Below are positions 29,031 to 39,205 of a stretch of 64,000 nt of DNA, piece by piece (the first letter of the stretch is position 1; each line of letters begins with the position of its first letter). The stretch is from a virus (taxonomy: Duplodnaviria > Caudoviricetes), in IMG/VR virus record IMGVR_UViG_2595698952_000001, positions 179,051-243,050 of that record. One strand, given 5' to 3'. The notes under the pieces were generated by a model. That model did no database searches. It was not told where the DNA came from and saw only the letters and a list, made by a program, of their open reading frames with translations. A program made the translations under genes and the position numbers.

Positions 29031-30821
29031 TCAAAATCCGTTGATGTACTCAATCGGGTCAGTGACGGTTTCGCCTTGACGAACCAGGAAGGTGGTCAAC
29101 ACTTTATCTTTGTCTGGCAGACAGAAGAAGTCGTTGGCAATCTCCATCGCATTCACTCGCCCTGCGGTTAAGTTCACCCCAGTACGGCGACGAATCTCTT
29201 CGCTGACTCCGGTAATGCTTAACAGTTCAATCAGGGTAGTCTCACGCGATTGGTTCATCATGTTCGTGGCTGACGGGTACGCCTGGGTTAAGTCGGCATC
29301 CGCGGTTTGTCCACGGAAGGCAGAGTGGAACTGCGGTATCTCTTTCAAGATGTTCGTCAGACCATTCTCGGAGTTCATGCACGCGGTTAACGTCACAATC
29401 CATCCATCCGTCCCGATAACCTCCTCATCGTAATCGTTGCGCATCGCCTGACCGGTACACCCAATAACCAGACTCGGGTTCTGTTCATACAGGTAGTACG
29501 TAAAGGCCACACAGATACGTTTGGGTAGCGATGGGAAGATGTCGTACATCGAATAACCGGCCAGAATTGAGATTGCTGAGGCCAAGTCATTGGTCTTCTT
29601 GTCCAGCAGCAATATCATCAGGTTATCGAAGATGTTATAGACGCAATACTCCAGCGCAAAGTCTTTCTGCGCTTTCAAGTGCCATTCGAGTTTCTCCTCA
29701 TACGGCAACCCAGGGATGTCGAGTTTGTTTAATCCTAACTCGCTGTCCAGGATGGCGTTTAACTTGTACGACGGGCGCTGACCTTCGTGTACACGCAGAG
29801 AACGGAACAGACACATGGCATCGACAAAGAAAAAGGACGCCATGCAGTACAGAACGTGCCACTGTTGAGACGGGGCCTTGGTCAACGACTTCGACTCGGT
29901 CTTCTTCGATGCCTGGTCTTTCTTAAACCACACCTTACGGTACTTCTGCGGTACGCTCGGATGAGAGAAAACGTCTTCCGGGGCGATATTATCACGCTCT
30001 AACGCTTCAAGCATACGTGAAATATCGAACTCGTGGTTCCAGGCGACCATCAAGTCCGGTAAGCGTGGATGGATTTCTTCAAACATCCTGACCACGGCGT
30101 GACCAGAGGTGGCACACTCGTGGGCCGTGATGGTGAAGCCTTCCAATACGTTCTTGATTTTGATTTCGTCTTCGCCAGTCTTTTTGTTCTTGCCACGGAA
30201 CTCAATCTTCGACAGCATCTCCTGTGCACGTTTCAGTAACCGCTCACCGAAGTTCACTTTACCACAACGGGCAATGTAGTCCTGGGTGGCAAAGAAGTGA
30301 ATCTCGTCATCCAGCACGAAGCTCATTAACCACGGGTCACGCGAACCGTCCTCTTCACGCGTTTCCACGTCGTAGATACACAGGCGGTTAGGGGTGACGC
30401 TGTTGGGCCACTTCTTTAAATACTTCTGCTTAATCCAGCTGGTGACCGGTAAGTCCGCCCAATACACATACGGACTGGAACACACCTGGCGCAGACGTTT
30501 CTTCGGGTCAGGGAAACGCACACCTAGCCCGGCTTGAATGGTGATGGACATGCCCACATCAGTGGTCATAAACTCCTGCGTCTTACTGCGTTCTTCGTAC
30601 TCTTTTTTCTCTTGATGATTACGGTGCGGAGGCTGGGTAATATAGATAGGACGTTTGAGATTCTCACGTCCAAACACCCGTGGAATCAGCCTGCCGTCTT
30701 TAGTATGGATGACCTCTTTCACGAGGACAAAGTCGTTTTGCTTTTCATCGTCTGTCGCATAAGCGACATGCTTGCACTCTTTAGCGATTACGTCCTCGGG
30801 TGCAAAATAGTTATTGATCAT
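29031..30821 (-). CDS. Family B DNA polymerase N-terminal half: 3'-5' exonuclease plus motif A (phiKZ gp82-like)
   Basis: ExoI YDVET, ExoII AWNHEFD, SYKLN, ExoIII YNIFD, motif A DLTQAYPS....N.SRET; start taken at MINNY. Confidence 0.85.
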   Translation of the reverse strand: MINNYFAPEDVIAKECKHVAYATDDEKQNDFVLVKEVIHTKDGRLIPRVFGRENLKRPIYITQPPHRNHQEKKEYEERSKTQEFMTTDVGMSITIQAGLGVRFPDPKKRLRQVCSSPYVYWADLPVTSWIKQKYLKKWPNSVTPNRLCIYDVETREEDGSRDPWLMSFVLDDEIHFFATQDYIARCGKVNFGERLLKRAQEMLSKIEFRGKNKKTGEDEIKIKNVLEGFTITAHECATSGHAVVRMFEEIHPRLPDLMVAWNHEFDISRMLEALERDNIAPEDVFSHPSVPQKYRKVWFKKDQASKKTESKSLTKAPSQQWHVLYCMASFFFVDAMCLFRSLRVHEGQRPSYKLNAILDSELGLNKLDIPGLPYEEKLEWHLKAQKDFALEYCVYNIFDNLMILLLDKKTNDLASAISILAGYSMYDIFPSLPKRICVAFTYYLYEQNPSLVIGCTGQAMRNDYDEEVIGTDGWIVTLTACMNSENGLTNILKEIPQFHSAFRGQTADADLTQAYPSATNMMNQSRETTLIELLSITGVSEEIRRRTGVNLTAGRVNAMEIANDFFCLPDKDKVLTTFLVRQGETVTDPIEYINGF

Positions 30822-30893
30822 GGGTTCACTCTCAAATCTGGTGGCTGCTATATTGATTTGCGGGTAGCGTAATTTTCTATTAAGGAACGTCAA

Positions 30894-32249
30894 ATGGGAC
30901 ACTGGCAAAGACACATTAAAACAGTGGCCGAAGCGCAAGCGGTGGCCAGGGAATCTATCCGATTCCAGGATAAAAAGAAACTCGCCGAGTTGGCGGATAT
31001 AGTTGGTAAATTCCGTGCGGCGGGGGACTTCTCTCCGGCGGGATACGATAGTTCTGGTGTGGCTGCCTGGGTTCTGAAAACCGTTGGTCTGACAATCCTG
31101 TTCCGTAACGGTGCCGAGCTGGGCGTCGTTGACGTGGTCTTCGCCGGAGTGGAACCACCGAAGCTGGATGCGAACAGCCCGATTGTCAGCAGCCTGCACC
31201 GTGTGTTCTATCAGGGCAACAAAGACCTCGACGTCTACAGCAAGTTCATTAAAGAGAACGAGCTGAACGGGGAGTTCGATGATGCGAACGCCAAGGTGTC
31301 GGGCGACCTCAGTAAAGTGCCATCCCCACTTTACCTGACCCCGAAAATGTTGACGTCCTTAGAGTTGTCGGATTTAGAAGTGGCCTCCGTGATTCTCCAC
31401 GAAGTGGGGCACGTCTACTACTACTTCCGTACGCTGATGCGCACCCTGATTACCAACCTGGTTGCTGATGCTGCGGCCAACCGCATGATGGAAACCGAAG
31501 ATGCTGCGGTGCGTCTGAAGGTGGTGAAGGATGTCGAGCGTATTCTTGATACCAAAGTGAACGAACCGGAAACCATTTGCAAAGAGTTCAAAAAAGAGAA
31601 CATCTATATGCACCTGGTGACCCAGACGTTGCTTGACCGTCCTTACGTGACCGGTGGGCAAGGGTTTGCGAACCGTACCTGGGAACGTGCAGCTGATGAC
31701 TTCGCCGCTCGCTTTGGCGCAGCGCCGTATCTGGCTTCGGCACTGTACAAGATGGAAAGCGATCGCTTCTATCTGTTCCGCAACCGTTCGTACATGAACT
31801 ACGGTGTGCACCTCACCATCGAGATGCTCGAAGTGGCTTACCTGATTGTGTCCTTTGCGACGCCGTTTGGAATGCTGTTCGGTTCAATCTCGCTGCTGTT
31901 CGGTCTGGTGATTAACGACCCAGAAAACACCATCTACGATCCGCCGCAGGAACGCTTTGAAACTATGCGCCGGAATTTGGTGGAAGAACTGAACACGCTG
32001 AAGGACAAGAACACCAAAGCGGCCAACGACCAACGTAAACGTATCCTGGATGGAATTGCGGCGGTAGACAACATCCTCAAAACAGTGAAGGATAAAGATA
32101 ACATCTATTCCTTCCTGATGAAGACGTTGACCCCAGCCGGGCGTCGTGAGCGCAAAGCGGTGGATTACCAGCGCTCGCTTGAGCGTTACCTGTCCAACGA
32201 CCTGCGTGTGGCATCAGCCAAACTGAACCAACTTGCTGCGGTAAAGTAG
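30894..32249 (+). CDS. Virion head protein with HExxH zincin-like motif (SPN3US gp45-like)
   Basis: ILHEVGH and ERAADDFA; N-terminal ARE-S maturation site; hydrophobic segment. Confidence 0.7.
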   Translation: MGHWQRHIKTVAEAQAVARESIRFQDKKKLAELADIVGKFRAAGDFSPAGYDSSGVAAWVLKTVGLTILFRNGAELGVVDVVFAGVEPPKLDANSPIVSSLHRVFYQGNKDLDVYSKFIKENELNGEFDDANAKVSGDLSKVPSPLYLTPKMLTSLELSDLEVASVILHEVGHVYYYFRTLMRTLITNLVADAAANRMMETEDAAVRLKVVKDVERILDTKVNEPETICKEFKKENIYMHLVTQTLLDRPYVTGGQGFANRTWERAADDFAARFGAAPYLASALYKMESDRFYLFRNRSYMNYGVHLTIEMLEVAYLIVSFATPFGMLFGSISLLFGLVINDPENTIYDPPQERFETMRRNLVEELNTLKDKNTKAANDQRKRILDGIAAVDNILKTVKDKDNIYSFLMKTLTPAGRRERKAVDYQRSLERYLSNDLRVASAKLNQLAAVK

Positions 32250-32311
32250 CAGGGGAGTCGGTCGGGCAACAACCGGAGTACCTCTGGATTACCTTACCGT
32301 ATCGATGGCAG

Positions 32312-32725
32312 GTGCTCTCAGCTGCACAGATTGACCACGACCTGAACGGGATGCGCTACGGCGTAGACCCGGTACCGTTGGTAGGCTATTCGAATAAGGT
32401 AGAAGCGATTAAAGCCGCTATCTCGTATGCCTCTATTCACAACGCAGGCACGGCACCAGGGGACGTGGATAAAACCATTGCCCCGATTATTGTGCAACAG
32501 CGTGGCAATACGTTACTGCTGAGAAGTACCGGACTGGCCAACAACCTGACAGAAGGCGACAAGACACACATCTACCGTGTCCGCACTGCCGAATGCTCAG
32601 AAGCCTGGCAACAGTCGTTCGATGGCTCCCCCGAATACTACACGTACGGCGCGACCACTTACGAAGAAGTCGAGTTTGACTCGATTCTTAATTTTATCAA
32701 AGGGGCAGGGCTAACCGTCTCTTAA
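32312..32725 (+). CDS. Hypothetical protein, possibly a -1 frameshift extension of the upstream gene
   Basis: GTG start without a clear RBS; frame is open from 32183. Confidence 0.6.
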   Translation: MLSAAQIDHDLNGMRYGVDPVPLVGYSNKVEAIKAAISYASIHNAGTAPGDVDKTIAPIIVQQRGNTLLLRSTGLANNLTEGDKTHIYRVRTAECSEAWQQSFDGSPEYYTYGATTYEEVEFDSILNFIKGAGLTVS

Positions 32726-32739
32726 CCTAGGGTGATATC

Positions 32740-33183
32740 ATGACTCACAAAGTCTCTTTGAACTCGTTAGTTCTCGATTTTAAACGCACCAACGAAGGCA
32801 AGGGCGTACAAGCCCAGCGTGCCCTGACAGGGCTGGTTGCCTTTGCACTGGCCTACGCTGCTGACCTGCCGAACAATGGCCAGATGGGTGCCTCCGAAGT
32901 GGTGGGCCTGAAACTGCGTCCGATCATGCGCAACATCGTGTCTGATGTGAACGAGCTGTACTGCGTTGACCTCGGCACGATTGAAGACCTGACTGTGGGA
33001 TTGTATTGCAACCGCTACAACCAGGTCTGGGGTGGGCGCTTTGCTCTCGACTCTTTCTCGGTGAAAGAAATTTTCCACGATGCCGTGGGTGAAGATGTGT
33101 GGGACACTGTCGGTCTGTGGATTGAACGTTTCGCAGAAGCAGTGAACTTCTACATCGCTGAAACGCGAGGTCAGATTTCATGA
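32740..33183 (+). CDS. Virion protein (SPN3US gp46-like)
   Basis: 147-aa ORF coupled to the next head gene; synteny. Confidence 0.65.
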   Translation: MTHKVSLNSLVLDFKRTNEGKGVQAQRALTGLVAFALAYAADLPNNGQMGASEVVGLKLRPIMRNIVSDVNELYCVDLGTIEDLTVGLYCNRYNQVWGGRFALDSFSVKEIFHDAVGEDVWDTVGLWIERFAEAVNFYIAETRGQIS

Positions 33184-34880
33184 CAATGGAAATGACGGGC
33201 AACAACACCCCACCCCAATGGCAACTCGGGGAAATTGGGGATGTGGTGCGCTCCCGCCTTGAGGAGCGCGTGTCGACGGTCAGCCAGCTTAACCTGTACA
33301 TGCAGCGTAACGAAGCTGACCTGATTTACGGTTCGCGTCTGTTGATGCAAATCGAAGCCATTCTGCACGAGGTACGTCGTTCCGGCTTGTCTCGTGACCT
33401 GGCAGTCGCGGTCGAGTCTACCCGTCCGGGTACCATCTCCCCGACTACCCGTTCTATTCTGACGTCGAACTTCACGAAGACCGGCCAGAAAGAAACCGTG
33501 GTGGCGCTGGAGTCCTGGGCAAACGCCGGGAAGATTGGCCTGATTATCCTGGCTCTGTCCTCAGTGATTAAAATCCTGGGCTGGATCATGGAGAAAGGTT
33601 CCGGTTTCGCCGGTGACGGTGGGCGCGATGAAGGTGCGTATAAAGAAGGCGTTGACAGCAAAGTCGAAAGCTTTAAAGTCGACGGTACCACGGTACTTGA
33701 CCAGCTGAATATCACCGCCATCAAAGACGCGTACATGGAAGCAGCAAAAGGTCTGAAAGGGCGTGCCCTGGAAAACCTGAACCTGGCCGTGACCCTCGCC
33801 GATGAAGTCTTCTCGAACATGAAAGCCGAAGAGTATCTGAATGCGCTCTCTAACGCACAGAAACGCTCTCCATTCACTAACCTGTTCAAAGGCTACAGCG
33901 AACGTCGTCAAAGCCAGCAGAGTGTGATTCACGACCTTCTGGACACCCTCCTGCAACTGAACGTGACTTCCGGCGTCTATCCGCATCAGACTGCGGAGAA
34001 AGCGTACCAGGGCTTACCGCCATCGGTGCGTAAAGCCGGGGTGAAAATCCCGAACGAGATGAACTACAAACAAGCCTCCAACGTGGTGGGTGAACTGACC
34101 GGTTACTTTGGTAACTTGCAGAAAACCTTCCACGAACTGGCTGCTCCGGCGTTGCTGGAGAGTTACCAGAAAGGCGGCAAGTCACAGGGCGTCGAAGGGA
34201 TCGGGACACTGTTTGGTCAGGCGCTGCAATCGTTGAACACCACGCTTTCCGGTTCTATCTCTGATGGGGCGGGTAAAGGCTTTAGCTCCTCGTCGTTTGC
34301 GGTCGTGGCCATCAAGCCGGAACAAGAGCGCGATTTGGTTGGCTACAACATCTACGACAACCTTGGCAGTCAGCGTAAGCTGGCGGTGGCCACTGGCACG
34401 GCGTTCTTCGGGGCGGCGTGTCTGGAAGAGTTGCGTCAGAATGTTAAGCTCTCCGTGGGCGATGAGCGTGAGCTGTTAGCGGTGGTCGTGAGCCTCGGCA
34501 AAACCGGGTTTACCACCAACACCTACGACACCAACCTCAACAAATACAGCACACTCAACAAAGCCGTTGAGCAAACGCTGAAAGAGTTAGAGGCGTGGCA
34601 GAAGCAGATGAAGAACAGTGACGGCGGGTTTGTGAAATACATCTCCGACGTCATCACCACCGAGCTGAAGCGTAATCCGACCGGACTGCGTACCAGCGGA
34701 CGTGAACTGTCCATGACGTATATGGATGGGGACGGTGATTTCTTCGAAGCGCTGAAAGCCAACATCACGCTGGTGAAACGTCTCTGTGAAGGTGTCGGGT
34801 CATTACAGGTGGTGCTCTCACGCGCCAAGCTGAACCCACTGGTGAAAGGCAATCGACAGACTGCTGAATCTGACGATTAA
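33180..34880 (+). CDS. Internal head / ejection protein (SPN3US gp47-like)
   Basis: AVE-S and ALE-S maturation-type sites followed by a hydrophobic helix (IGLIILALSSVIKILGWI). Confidence 0.65.
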   Translation: MTMEMTGNNTPPQWQLGEIGDVVRSRLEERVSTVSQLNLYMQRNEADLIYGSRLLMQIEAILHEVRRSGLSRDLAVAVESTRPGTISPTTRSILTSNFTKTGQKETVVALESWANAGKIGLIILALSSVIKILGWIMEKGSGFAGDGGRDEGAYKEGVDSKVESFKVDGTTVLDQLNITAIKDAYMEAAKGLKGRALENLNLAVTLADEVFSNMKAEEYLNALSNAQKRSPFTNLFKGYSERRQSQQSVIHDLLDTLLQLNVTSGVYPHQTAEKAYQGLPPSVRKAGVKIPNEMNYKQASNVVGELTGYFGNLQKTFHELAAPALLESYQKGGKSQGVEGIGTLFGQALQSLNTTLSGSISDGAGKGFSSSSFAVVAIKPEQERDLVGYNIYDNLGSQRKLAVATGTAFFGAACLEELRQNVKLSVGDERELLAVVVSLGKTGFTTNTYDTNLNKYSTLNKAVEQTLKELEAWQKQMKNSDGGFVKYISDVITTELKRNPTGLRTSGRELSMTYMDGDGDFFEALKANITLVKRLCEGVGSLQVVLSRAKLNPLVKGNRQTAESDD

Positions 34881-34888
34881 AATAAAGG

Positions 34889-34925
34889 CTACCCACTCCC
34901 GAAAAGGAGTGGGTAGTTCTTTTTT
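34889..34925. terminator. Bidirectional terminator
   Basis: CTACCCACTCC-CGAAAA-GGAGTGGGTAG-TTCTTTTT. Confidence 0.75.
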
Positions 34926-37881
34926 ATTCTTTCGTGGTATCGTGGCGATTGTACGAGATAACGATGTCGTCTTTTAACCCGATGTCCCCGTTGGCTTCCA
35001 CATCGAGTTTCTTCCCGATGGTAGCCCGCGAAGCTTCGGAGACCACAGTGAACAGACGCATGTCTTTGTCTGGCCCCATGTTATCCAACTCTACCCCAAT
35101 CACTGACCCTTCCAGTGCGGTCTTCAACAGGTTCCCGATTTCCGTGGCAGACACGGTCAAGTTCGCGGCCAGATAATCGTTGATGACTTGTGAGGTCTTC
35201 TTCCGAATCTGGGCTAACAAATCGGTGTTGTTGCGGTTCGCAGCCGTCAGGTAGTATTTCACCGTGAACTGATTCTCGGCCGGGATAGGTGTCACCACCC
35301 CGTCTTCCGTACGGCAATCAATGTAACCCATCGTGGTGATAGGCACGAAGAAGCCGTCGGTCTGTTCGAGCAGAATCGGTTTCAGCTTCGGTAACGTTCC
35401 GGTCACGTAGTTAACAATGTCGTCTACTACCGAGGCCAGATACTGCTGGGCGGTTTGGGTAGTAGCGAATTTGTAACGGGCATCAAACACCGCCATCTCG
35501 CTGCGGAATTTAATGCTACGCGGTTTGGCAATCACCGGTTGACCATAGTCATCCATCACGAGGGTGTTCTTCTCGTGTTCGATTTCCTGTTTTCCGGTTA
35601 CCGGGTCAATCACCGGGTCACCTTTCCGGTGTTCGTAGACAATCTGCAACGGCGGGGTGGCGGCGGGGTCGTACTTGTATTCCGGTACCCCCTCAGCATC
35701 ACGTTTAATCACATCCACTTTCCAGGTGGCTAACACATCCTCCTGGTAATACTCGTAGTTGATGGTGTCCGTCACTGCACGGGCTTTACGCCAGTAGTAG
35801 GTCAGTGCTTTCCCCAGTTCGATTTTGAAAATCTCATGGGTAACACCAATCGCATCACGAGACGGCAGTGTGATTAAAGTGTCCATTTCCGCACGTTCGT
35901 AGTTCCCCGGATAGTAACCCGTGGTACCGTAGAACACGTTGAAGTCAGTCAGCAGAGCCACCGGCGTATCGACCGGATTCTCACTGGTCATGCGCGTGTT
36001 GGTCAGCACCAGTTCGTCATTACGGTCAACGTCGAGGTTACTTTCCAGCAGGAACTCCCAGACGCGTTCATTCCCTTGCTTACCCACCAGTTCCCCGTTG
36101 ATGTACGCCAGCGTGCCATCTGAGTTACGCGGGGTAAAGGAGATTTGCGCAAACACCTGTGAGTCGTCCAGGGCTTGGTACGGGGGTTCGGATTTGGTGA
36201 CTGTCCGCAACACGTACCCGGCTTCGGTCTTCTCAATGGTGTAGTCCGCGGTAACCACTGACAGTTCCGTGGTGACGTTGGTGGTAATGAAACGCTTGGA
36301 ACTGAGCTGCGGTTTGTCCAGCTGATAGATACGCACGTCGATGGCTTTGTTGTTGATGTCCACGACGTAGAAGAACGGGGTGAAGAGATACCGCGAGGTG
36401 TTCCCGGCATTCACCAGGTCTTCCTTACGCATCGTTTTCGCCAACTCGGTCATCTGTGCATCAATCGACAGACTGGTATCGGTAAAGCGGTACAGAGTAT
36501 CCGGGCCAATGGTCAGACGGTTACCGTTTACCTTCACCGTGGACAATGCCACCAGTTCATCCCAGGAGAAATACAGCGGGGCCGTAATTGTCCCAATCGG
36601 GGTACTGACTTTGGAGATTGTCGAGTCCATCATCGGGGCTGTCAGGAAGTAGGTACGCCCGGTGACATAGTCGTTCGGTTTAGACAGCGTCAGGCCGTAA
36701 TCCGACACAGTGGCTTCCAGTTGTTTCTCAGTGACCGGTAACCGGCGGGCACCCACGGCATTGTTCACCACACGTTCACGCAGTTCGTCAAACGACAATT
36801 GCCCACGACCCCCTTTCGCCATTTTCCCGGCAGCCGCGGCCAGCATTTTAATGGAGAAGGATTTAATCGGGTTGACGTAGTTGGCATCGTACTCACTGTT
36901 AAAATCACGCAGCGAGAAGGTGTACTCGTCAGCCGGATAGGCCGAGATGTCCAGACTGATGGGACCGAGCGTGGTGTAGACATCCATGCGCACTTCGCCA
37001 CTCACCAGATTCTTCGCCATGTAAATGGACGGAATGGTGCAGCGAAGACTGGATGAGCCCACCTGAATCAACGCTGTGGGAGTGTTCGGGTCATACACGT
37101 CACGGTTGTGCGTGTGACTGATTTCCACCCAGGTGGTGGTGTTCAGTAACTTGACCCACACCCGCACGTAGAAGAACTTGTTGGTGTAGGCACGGGTCAT
37201 CACAAAGGTGTTCTGCCCTTCGACCGTGTCCGATTCCGACTTCACGGAATACTGCATGGTTGGGATGTGAATCGCCAGCAGTTGTGAGGTGGTGGTGTTC
37301 GTGCTGGTCAGTTCCCATTCCAGGGCATTGGTGGACACCGGTGAAATCGGGGACTGGTTCTCGGTAATCCACAATACCTGAAACGCCGGAGACTCGTTGG
37401 TGCCATACGGCAGAACACGAATCTCAATCGGGTACTGAATCGCAAACGGGTAGCCCGAGACATTAAACACGGTGTCGCGGGGAATCACCACTTTACGAAT
37501 CCCGGCCACGTTCAACGGATAGGCTTTCGACAGAATCGAATCCACATCCAACAGCAGAATCAGTTCGGTACTGCCGGGTTGTGCAAATACATCCACGTAG
37601 TCGACGTCAGACATGTGACGGAACAAATCGTCGTAGGTCTGGGCCATGCTCGCAAATGTCTTCGGTACCGTTTCCCGTGAACCCATGATCGTCGTGTGGC
37701 CAATCATCGTGCCCATCTCCGCCAGGTAAGCCACCGGGTCAGTTGGGTCACGCAGCAGAATCTGCCCTTCGGCGTCTTCGACATCCTGGAGATGGTTTAA
37801 CTGAATCGACTGCATCGCGGCGGGGTGGTGCGCCAGCAGCAGCAGATTGTCAGCCATCGTTTTATACGTATTTGAACTCAT
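34924..37881 (-). CDS. Baseplate wedge protein, gp6/J-like (phiKZ gp87-like)
   Basis: 985 aa; GGRGQLSFDELRERV resembles the baseplate-J GGxxxE..eelRxR motif; N-terminal DP...L.E segment. Confidence 0.7.
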   Translation of the reverse strand: MSSNTYKTMADNLLLLAHHPAAMQSIQLNHLQDVEDAEGQILLRDPTDPVAYLAEMGTMIGHTTIMGSRETVPKTFASMAQTYDDLFRHMSDVDYVDVFAQPGSTELILLLDVDSILSKAYPLNVAGIRKVVIPRDTVFNVSGYPFAIQYPIEIRVLPYGTNESPAFQVLWITENQSPISPVSTNALEWELTSTNTTTSQLLAIHIPTMQYSVKSESDTVEGQNTFVMTRAYTNKFFYVRVWVKLLNTTTWVEISHTHNRDVYDPNTPTALIQVGSSSLRCTIPSIYMAKNLVSGEVRMDVYTTLGPISLDISAYPADEYTFSLRDFNSEYDANYVNPIKSFSIKMLAAAAGKMAKGGRGQLSFDELRERVVNNAVGARRLPVTEKQLEATVSDYGLTLSKPNDYVTGRTYFLTAPMMDSTISKVSTPIGTITAPLYFSWDELVALSTVKVNGNRLTIGPDTLYRFTDTSLSIDAQMTELAKTMRKEDLVNAGNTSRYLFTPFFYVVDINNKAIDVRIYQLDKPQLSSKRFITTNVTTELSVVTADYTIEKTEAGYVLRTVTKSEPPYQALDDSQVFAQISFTPRNSDGTLAYINGELVGKQGNERVWEFLLESNLDVDRNDELVLTNTRMTSENPVDTPVALLTDFNVFYGTTGYYPGNYERAEMDTLITLPSRDAIGVTHEIFKIELGKALTYYWRKARAVTDTINYEYYQEDVLATWKVDVIKRDAEGVPEYKYDPAATPPLQIVYEHRKGDPVIDPVTGKQEIEHEKNTLVMDDYGQPVIAKPRSIKFRSEMAVFDARYKFATTQTAQQYLASVVDDIVNYVTGTLPKLKPILLEQTDGFFVPITTMGYIDCRTEDGVVTPIPAENQFTVKYYLTAANRNNTDLLAQIRKKTSQVINDYLAANLTVSATEIGNLLKTALEGSVIGVELDNMGPDKDMRLFTVVSEASRATIGKKLDVEANGDIGLKDDIVISYNRHDTTKE

Positions 37882-39179
37882 TAGGTGGCACTCGACGTTA
37901 CGAGGGCATTGCCTGCATTATCCAACAGACCTGCCTTCTTGAGAATGTGCTGATAATCGTTTTGATAAACGTACCAGGTGAGTTTACGCCGCAAGGTGTC
38001 AATGTGGGGATAACCGTAATAGTTGAATAACGGCAACAGCTGCGGAGCAATGGGTACCAGTTGATCAGAACCAATCGGCTGGAAGTTACCGCTGGCGACA
38101 CTGCCCGGTACCGGCAGCATGTCCGGGTTAAACATCCCCACCACGGCATTGAACATTTCCATGTACAGCGGGTCATCGAAACGGGCACCAATAAACTGCC
38201 AGTTCAGGTTGATGGTGGTGTCATCCTGCATCTGCGGTTTGGAGTTATCGACGTTGGCCATTTGTCCGGCGTTGTCGTTCATCGGCCAACCCACACAAGC
38301 TGTCCAGAAACGAGTGATGTTCCCCAGGGCATCGTAGCGTAGACCGTACGCACGCGACTGGTAATCGATACGGCGTTGAATCGAGTTACGCATCTTCGGT
38401 TTGAACTTGCCCATCTTAATCCCGGACATGTACTCCAGCCAAATCCCCATCATGCGCATCACCGGGTTCCCGTACGGGTTGTTCAGCGTCATGGACATGC
38501 TGTACTGGTTGTTGACCTCGTGGGTCGAATCCACCATCCCCCACTGCTCACGCATAATCCCTTCGTTCGACATCCAGTTATCCACACTCTGATCCGGCAT
38601 CCCGGAGAGGCTCAGTAACTGTGTGCTGAGCAATGGTATGAATGCCTGAAGATTGTCGAACATGATTTCCGAGAGGAACGGTGTACCCAGACGGTTCACC
38701 CGACGCCCCTTCACCATCGGTGGGTCGGAGAAACCTAACTCAAAGTCAGGGTCTAACGCCGCCAAAATGGAATAGTCAAGTGAGGACCGAGGCTGTGACG
38801 CCATGTTAGACATTTTGCGTGAGTTCGCAATGTTGTCAAAGCACAGGTTGAAGTCCGGTCGGGTAATAAAGGTTAACCCACCGTATTCCCGGTTAATCGG
38901 CGTAGGGTTAGACGCCATCATATGGTTAAACCCCATATAGGGGTTGGTCATACGCTGCGCAGCTAGACCCAAACCTACTGTAAGACGGATGCGATCATTC
39001 CACCCGGACAGTTCACTGTTCTTGTCGTACGCGGTGGTCGGGTTATTGTTGTTTAACCGCCCGTTGAAATACCCCGCGACAGACGGGACTGCATCCTGGT
39101 TATTGGGGTTCAGTTCGGTGTCGGTCAAATCGGTATTCGGGTCATACCCCGGATTGTTCTTATCAGTCTCGTTACTCAT
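37881..39179 (-). CDS. Virion baseplate / tail-tube-initiator-like protein (phiKZ gp88-like)
   Basis: GLTFITRPDFNL and tube-like beta pattern; coupled to the baseplate gene. Confidence 0.6.
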   Translation of the reverse strand: MSNETDKNNPGYDPNTDLTDTELNPNNQDAVPSVAGYFNGRLNNNNPTTAYDKNSELSGWNDRIRLTVGLGLAAQRMTNPYMGFNHMMASNPTPINREYGGLTFITRPDFNLCFDNIANSRKMSNMASQPRSSLDYSILAALDPDFELGFSDPPMVKGRRVNRLGTPFLSEIMFDNLQAFIPLLSTQLLSLSGMPDQSVDNWMSNEGIMREQWGMVDSTHEVNNQYSMSMTLNNPYGNPVMRMMGIWLEYMSGIKMGKFKPKMRNSIQRRIDYQSRAYGLRYDALGNITRFWTACVGWPMNDNAGQMANVDNSKPQMQDDTTINLNWQFIGARFDDPLYMEMFNAVVGMFNPDMLPVPGSVASGNFQPIGSDQLVPIAPQLLPLFNYYGYPHIDTLRRKLTWYVYQNDYQHILKKAGLLDNAGNALVTSSAT

Positions 39180-39205
39180 CTTTAACTCCGGAGTTTAGCT
39201 AAAAA

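Noticed and set aside
30822-31199. N-terminal 126 aa of the 722-aa minus-strand ORF
   Set aside because: Overlaps the divergent head gene; the plausible start is MINNY at 30821
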